Of a stretch of DNA of 64,000 nt, positions 60,430 through 64,000 are shown piece after piece. The notes under the pieces are model-generated. The model was not told where the DNA came from and did not search any database. It saw only the letters and a list, made by a program, of their open reading frames with translations. Made by a program: the position numbers and the translations under genes. Location of the stretch: assembly GCF_009914755.1 (NCBI RefSeq), contig NC_060926.1; one strand, written 5' to 3'. Numbering within the stretch: position 1 is the stretch's first letter; each line of letters begins with the position of its first letter. The stretch comes from the human T2T-CHM13v2.0 reference genome, Homo sapiens.

Positions 60430-62035
60430 TACAAATTTGAGAAAATCTTCCAAGCTGAAAGAGAACAAAGCAAAGAAACAAATCCAAAGAAAATGAGAGA
60501 ATTCCATAAGGGTGTATGAAGGGAAAGATGCCATCTAACAATCAAAGAAATAGTATAAGAATAAAACTCCAAAAACACGGGATGTAGGGTTTCCAAATTG
60601 AAATTTGGAAAGATCAGAAAACCAGGTATAAAGAGATGTTTAAAAGCTTCCAGGGACAGGGGGAAACAGTAACAAGCTAAAGAAAATGATTACATTGATA
60701 TCAGACTGCTTGGGGGCAGTAGTGGAAACCAGAGGACAATAAAACAATTTTTAGCAATTTATTATGTCTTGTGCATTTCTCAGTGTCTCAGGAGAATAGC
60801 ACTGACTGCCCTTTGTCTGGACTACCTTTTCCAGCATGTTGGTATAATGAACAGCCTTGGAAGGTAGAAACAATGTTTCCCTCCAGAGTAAAAGGCAAGC
60901 ATGCCCATCATAAAGGTTTGGGCTCCCTAAGCTCAGGGTTCCTTTCTTGTAATGCTACCCATTGTGTGGGTATGGCAACATTTGGCCCTGGTTAGGGGAA
61001 TCTGTACAAACAATGCTGATATCCTGACTTCTCCCACTGCTGTGAGTATTAAACTGCCTTTATCTCTGATCCAGGTGTCTTGTGTCTTCTATCAGTCTCC
61101 ATGAAACTGTGGCAGGCTAACTTGTTAGCTTATACATAGGGTGAAATCTCAGGACTCTTCATAGAACTTGACAACAATGCCTTCAGGATTCGGAAGAAAA
61201 ATGATTTTCATCTTAGAATTTAATAAGGACATTTTTCAAATTCAAATGTTATACCTTTATAAAATCAAATTCAAAAAATTGACCTCTGATGCATGCATTC
61301 TTAGAAATGTACATGAGAATGTTGTATAGCAAACAAAAAAACAAAGAAATGAAAAAGAAGTAAGTTATGAAATAGGAAGATACATGGTTTTATGTTTCAG
61401 AAAAGAGGGAAACACAAATTAGAGATTGGAGAAGAAAATTCCTAGGATGTTTACTATGCAGCACATGTAGAAAGCAACTAATAACACTGGAACATTTGAT
61501 CAGAGAGCCTCCTGAGTGAAGGCTCTTAAGGAAAAGAAAAAAAGGAAATGATGATTTGCTTGAGATTATGGAAAGTGTTATTATGACATGTTGGAAAATT
61601 TGGAGAAAAGCATGAAAGATAGAAAACTAGGGAAGCGAAAAAAATACTGAGGCTATTATTAATTCCAGGAAAAACAAAAGATTGTACAAGAAAGGAGGTT
61701 TATTGTAATTCACTATTTGGTTTAGCACATAAATGCTGATTATTGATTTTACCAAAAATTATTTTATAAACATGTCACAAGGATAAAAGGAGAAAAATGT
61801 GAGCAGTGGTGTGGAAAAACTAAGTCCTTATCTACCATGGCATGAAGTCAATAGATAATGTCTAAAACTCATATTTCAAGAAATAGCAGAATAATTTTTA
61901 AATTGTCGAGGTAAATGCCAGGGGCAGGACCTAGAAGTGTGAAGGATGGCTGTCTCTGGGGAAAGGGAGTCGTTGCGGAGTAGGGGATTTCTATATGTAA
62001 GCATCACTTCAAACAACTATTACCTTGATTAAAAA
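60430..62035 (+). mobile_element. Very old L1 (L1ME-like) ORF1 and downstream remnant, split by an LTR
   Basis: GAGAAAATCTTCCAAGCTGAAAGA; GAAACCAGAGGACAATAAAACAAT|GCCTTCAGGATTC (EARRQ.NNAF-like); boundaries approximate. Confidence 0.55.
60749..61173 (+). mobile_element. LTR40-like ERVL solo LTR
   Basis: GCACTGACTGCCCTTTG…CCCTAAGCTCAGGGTTCC…GGCAGGCTAACTTGTTAGCTT…TTGACA; 5-bp TSD ACAAT (60744 / 61174). Confidence 0.75.
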
Positions 62036-62284
62036 AAAAAAAATAGAAACTTGAGCTTTTTAAAGAGACCAAGCTAGCTGGCATGGCCCTTTAGTGGGTT
62101 GAATATCCTTTTATTCAATCAAACTGGCCAAAGTATTGTCATCTCACAACCTTAGCTTTTCTTGTCTTGATTGGAAAAGACAATTTGAAAAATATGTTAC
62201 ATCTTGAGCTTCTCAGTTACACTATATATAATATTATTCTCATGTTTTTTAAATTAGATTTTTCTAAAAGTGCAACTTTCTAGG

Positions 62285-62330
62285 CGAAAAGGAAAGAGAA
62301 CAGGGGCCGAAAAGGAAAGAGAAGAGGGGC
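62285..62330. repeat. 23-bp tandem duplication
   Basis: CGAAAAGGAAAGAGAA(C/G)AGGGGC x2, one mismatch. Confidence 0.9.
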
Positions 62331-62550
62331 CTGGAATCTGTAGCTAAGTGGGTTCCAGCTCTGCCTGCCCCCTTACTTGCTGTGTGGCCTTTGATAAGTT
62401 ATTGCACTTCTCTGAGCACTGTTTCTTGCCCTGTGGATCAGGATAACACCACCTTCCTCTCACAGCAGTTACAGGCAGGGTCTGAAGATCTTAGCTCACT
62501 GTAGCCTCAGTAGACCTGGTTACTTGCACTTAGTAGGTGTCCACTAATTA
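62330..62550 (+). mobile_element. MIR
   Basis: CTTACTTGCTGTGTGGCCTTTGATAAGTTATTGCACTTCTCTGAGC…TAGTAGGTGTCCACTAAT. Confidence 0.65.
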
Positions 62551-64000
62551 TTGATTGGATTTGAGTAAATTAATAATGATTTCTAAAGTTGTTTTAAAAA
62601 TGGAAGTAAGTAGTTGCTATAGTTTGGGGACAGGGCTGCATGAAGCTGCAGTTGGACTAGAGATCCTCTGTTCAAAGTTCTGTTCATGCTCAGTATTCTA
62701 GACCTTTTTTTCATTCTGCCACAGAAATACAGAATTCAAGGCAATATAGTTGGGCTGTTGAAGTTAGAAAGACTCGACAGAGAAGAGGCAGAGATCATCA
62801 CACTTGTTTTTACAGGAATTGCTTGTTTTATAATGGAGAATTCCCAGCAGCTGAAGGGATGAAATCTTCAAGTCATGCCTCTGACATTGTAGCTTCTGGC
62901 TCTGAAAGCTGAACTACTTCCGGTGGTTGGAACACATCTGCCTGTGGCCAGCTCTGGTTGGCTATTACCCTGAAGCTGCCTTGGTCTGTATGTCTTGAAG
63001 CCAGCTGTTGCAGGGGAGGGTGGTGAGTGGTCATCCCTCTGGACTCTTAGCCTACGGCCCCCCATTCTTAGATGGCCAGCCCCCTCAGGGATCCCAGGGA
63101 ACACTGAGGACAGTGGGAGAGTCCTCTCTGACCCCGCTCCCTCCAGGCAGCTTTGGAATGTTCCGAGGCTTCTGCTGGGTTTGTACTATCAGTTCCCCAG
63201 AGCAGCAGCACAGGAGCACCTGACTGTCCATTGGCAGAGGCTGGGTCTGAGAGTTTTTCATCAGCTTCATGACCCCACAGAAAGAGTTCTTGGTAGTTAG
63301 AATGCACTATAGCCTCTTTGTGCTATCCAAGTTGCAAGGACCTATTCTGGATAGAGAAATAATCTTGACCTGTTTGATTAGATATGGAAGCAGATGAAGG
63401 AGCAGCTGCATCTTGAAGACCTGGCTGGCTCTATTCAGGTTCAATTTGACAAGCACCTTTGAGAGCCAGACCCTGACAGAGGCAGTGGGGGGTCCCATTC
63501 TCTGAGGAGCTTACACACAGTAGGGGTGGGGGAACCGACACATGGACAGAGGACATGCAGGTAATGGAGTAAGTGTTAAGATGGGCTGTGCAGAGAGTCC
63601 CCTGGGAACACAGAAGGACACGGAGACACAAAGTGTTCCACAAGGACACAAGGGTGCTATGGGGACACAAAGGGGATGCCTGCCTCCCACAGCCCTCCTG
63701 CTGGGGGCACAGAAAGCAACTCCTTGAGCAGAGTTCCCCCTTCCTTTAGTCCAGTGTTCTTCTCCAACCTCTAAACAATTAGTGTAAAGTTCATAAAAAT
63801 AATGCCTCAAGGATATTACAGTGAGGATTAATCACGCTACTCAAAGGTAGTGTGGGGAAGCAAATGTGGGCTCCTGTACTTAGAATTCTGCCCTTTCTTC
63901 CCCTTGTCCTGGCAGCCTCACAACTCAGCCCTCCAATTCTCTGCAAAGCTTTTCCTTTCCCTGCTCTGTGCCCCTTGTTCTCAAGCAACCTCTGGGATAG

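Overview
Repeat-rich primate genomic DNA, almost certainly human because it contains a canonical AluYa5. I found no recognisable host protein-coding exon, RNA gene or CpG island. Every interpretable ORF is a LINE-1, ERV or Alu remnant. The window runs: 3' end of a MER57-type ERV1 (integrase and env remnants plus LTR, 1-2634); old L1M, L2 and MIR debris; a nested L1 stack at 15.1-27.3 kb; an AluYa5 inside an older Alu at 36.7 kb; a twin-primed, 3'-deleted L1PA inside an older L1M at 42-46.8 kb; then mostly unique DNA with MIR, L2, L1MB and an LTR40-like LTR. The best observations are fossils of retrotransposition mechanics. (1) An L1PA5-like element whose 5'UTR is spliced from the +97 donor to an acceptor other than the 622/790/976 sites I know. 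(2) A 57-bp copy of the DNA just downstream of an L1MA poly(A) tail embedded inside that same L1's ORF2. (3) About 1 kb of the host L1 missing at the L1PA5 site. (4) Two twin-priming inversions. (5) A pristine AluYa5 in a target site created by mutation of its host Alu. I see no evidence for a novel gene system. Subfamily names come from remembered consensus sequences, not a database search, and boundaries of old repeats are approximate.
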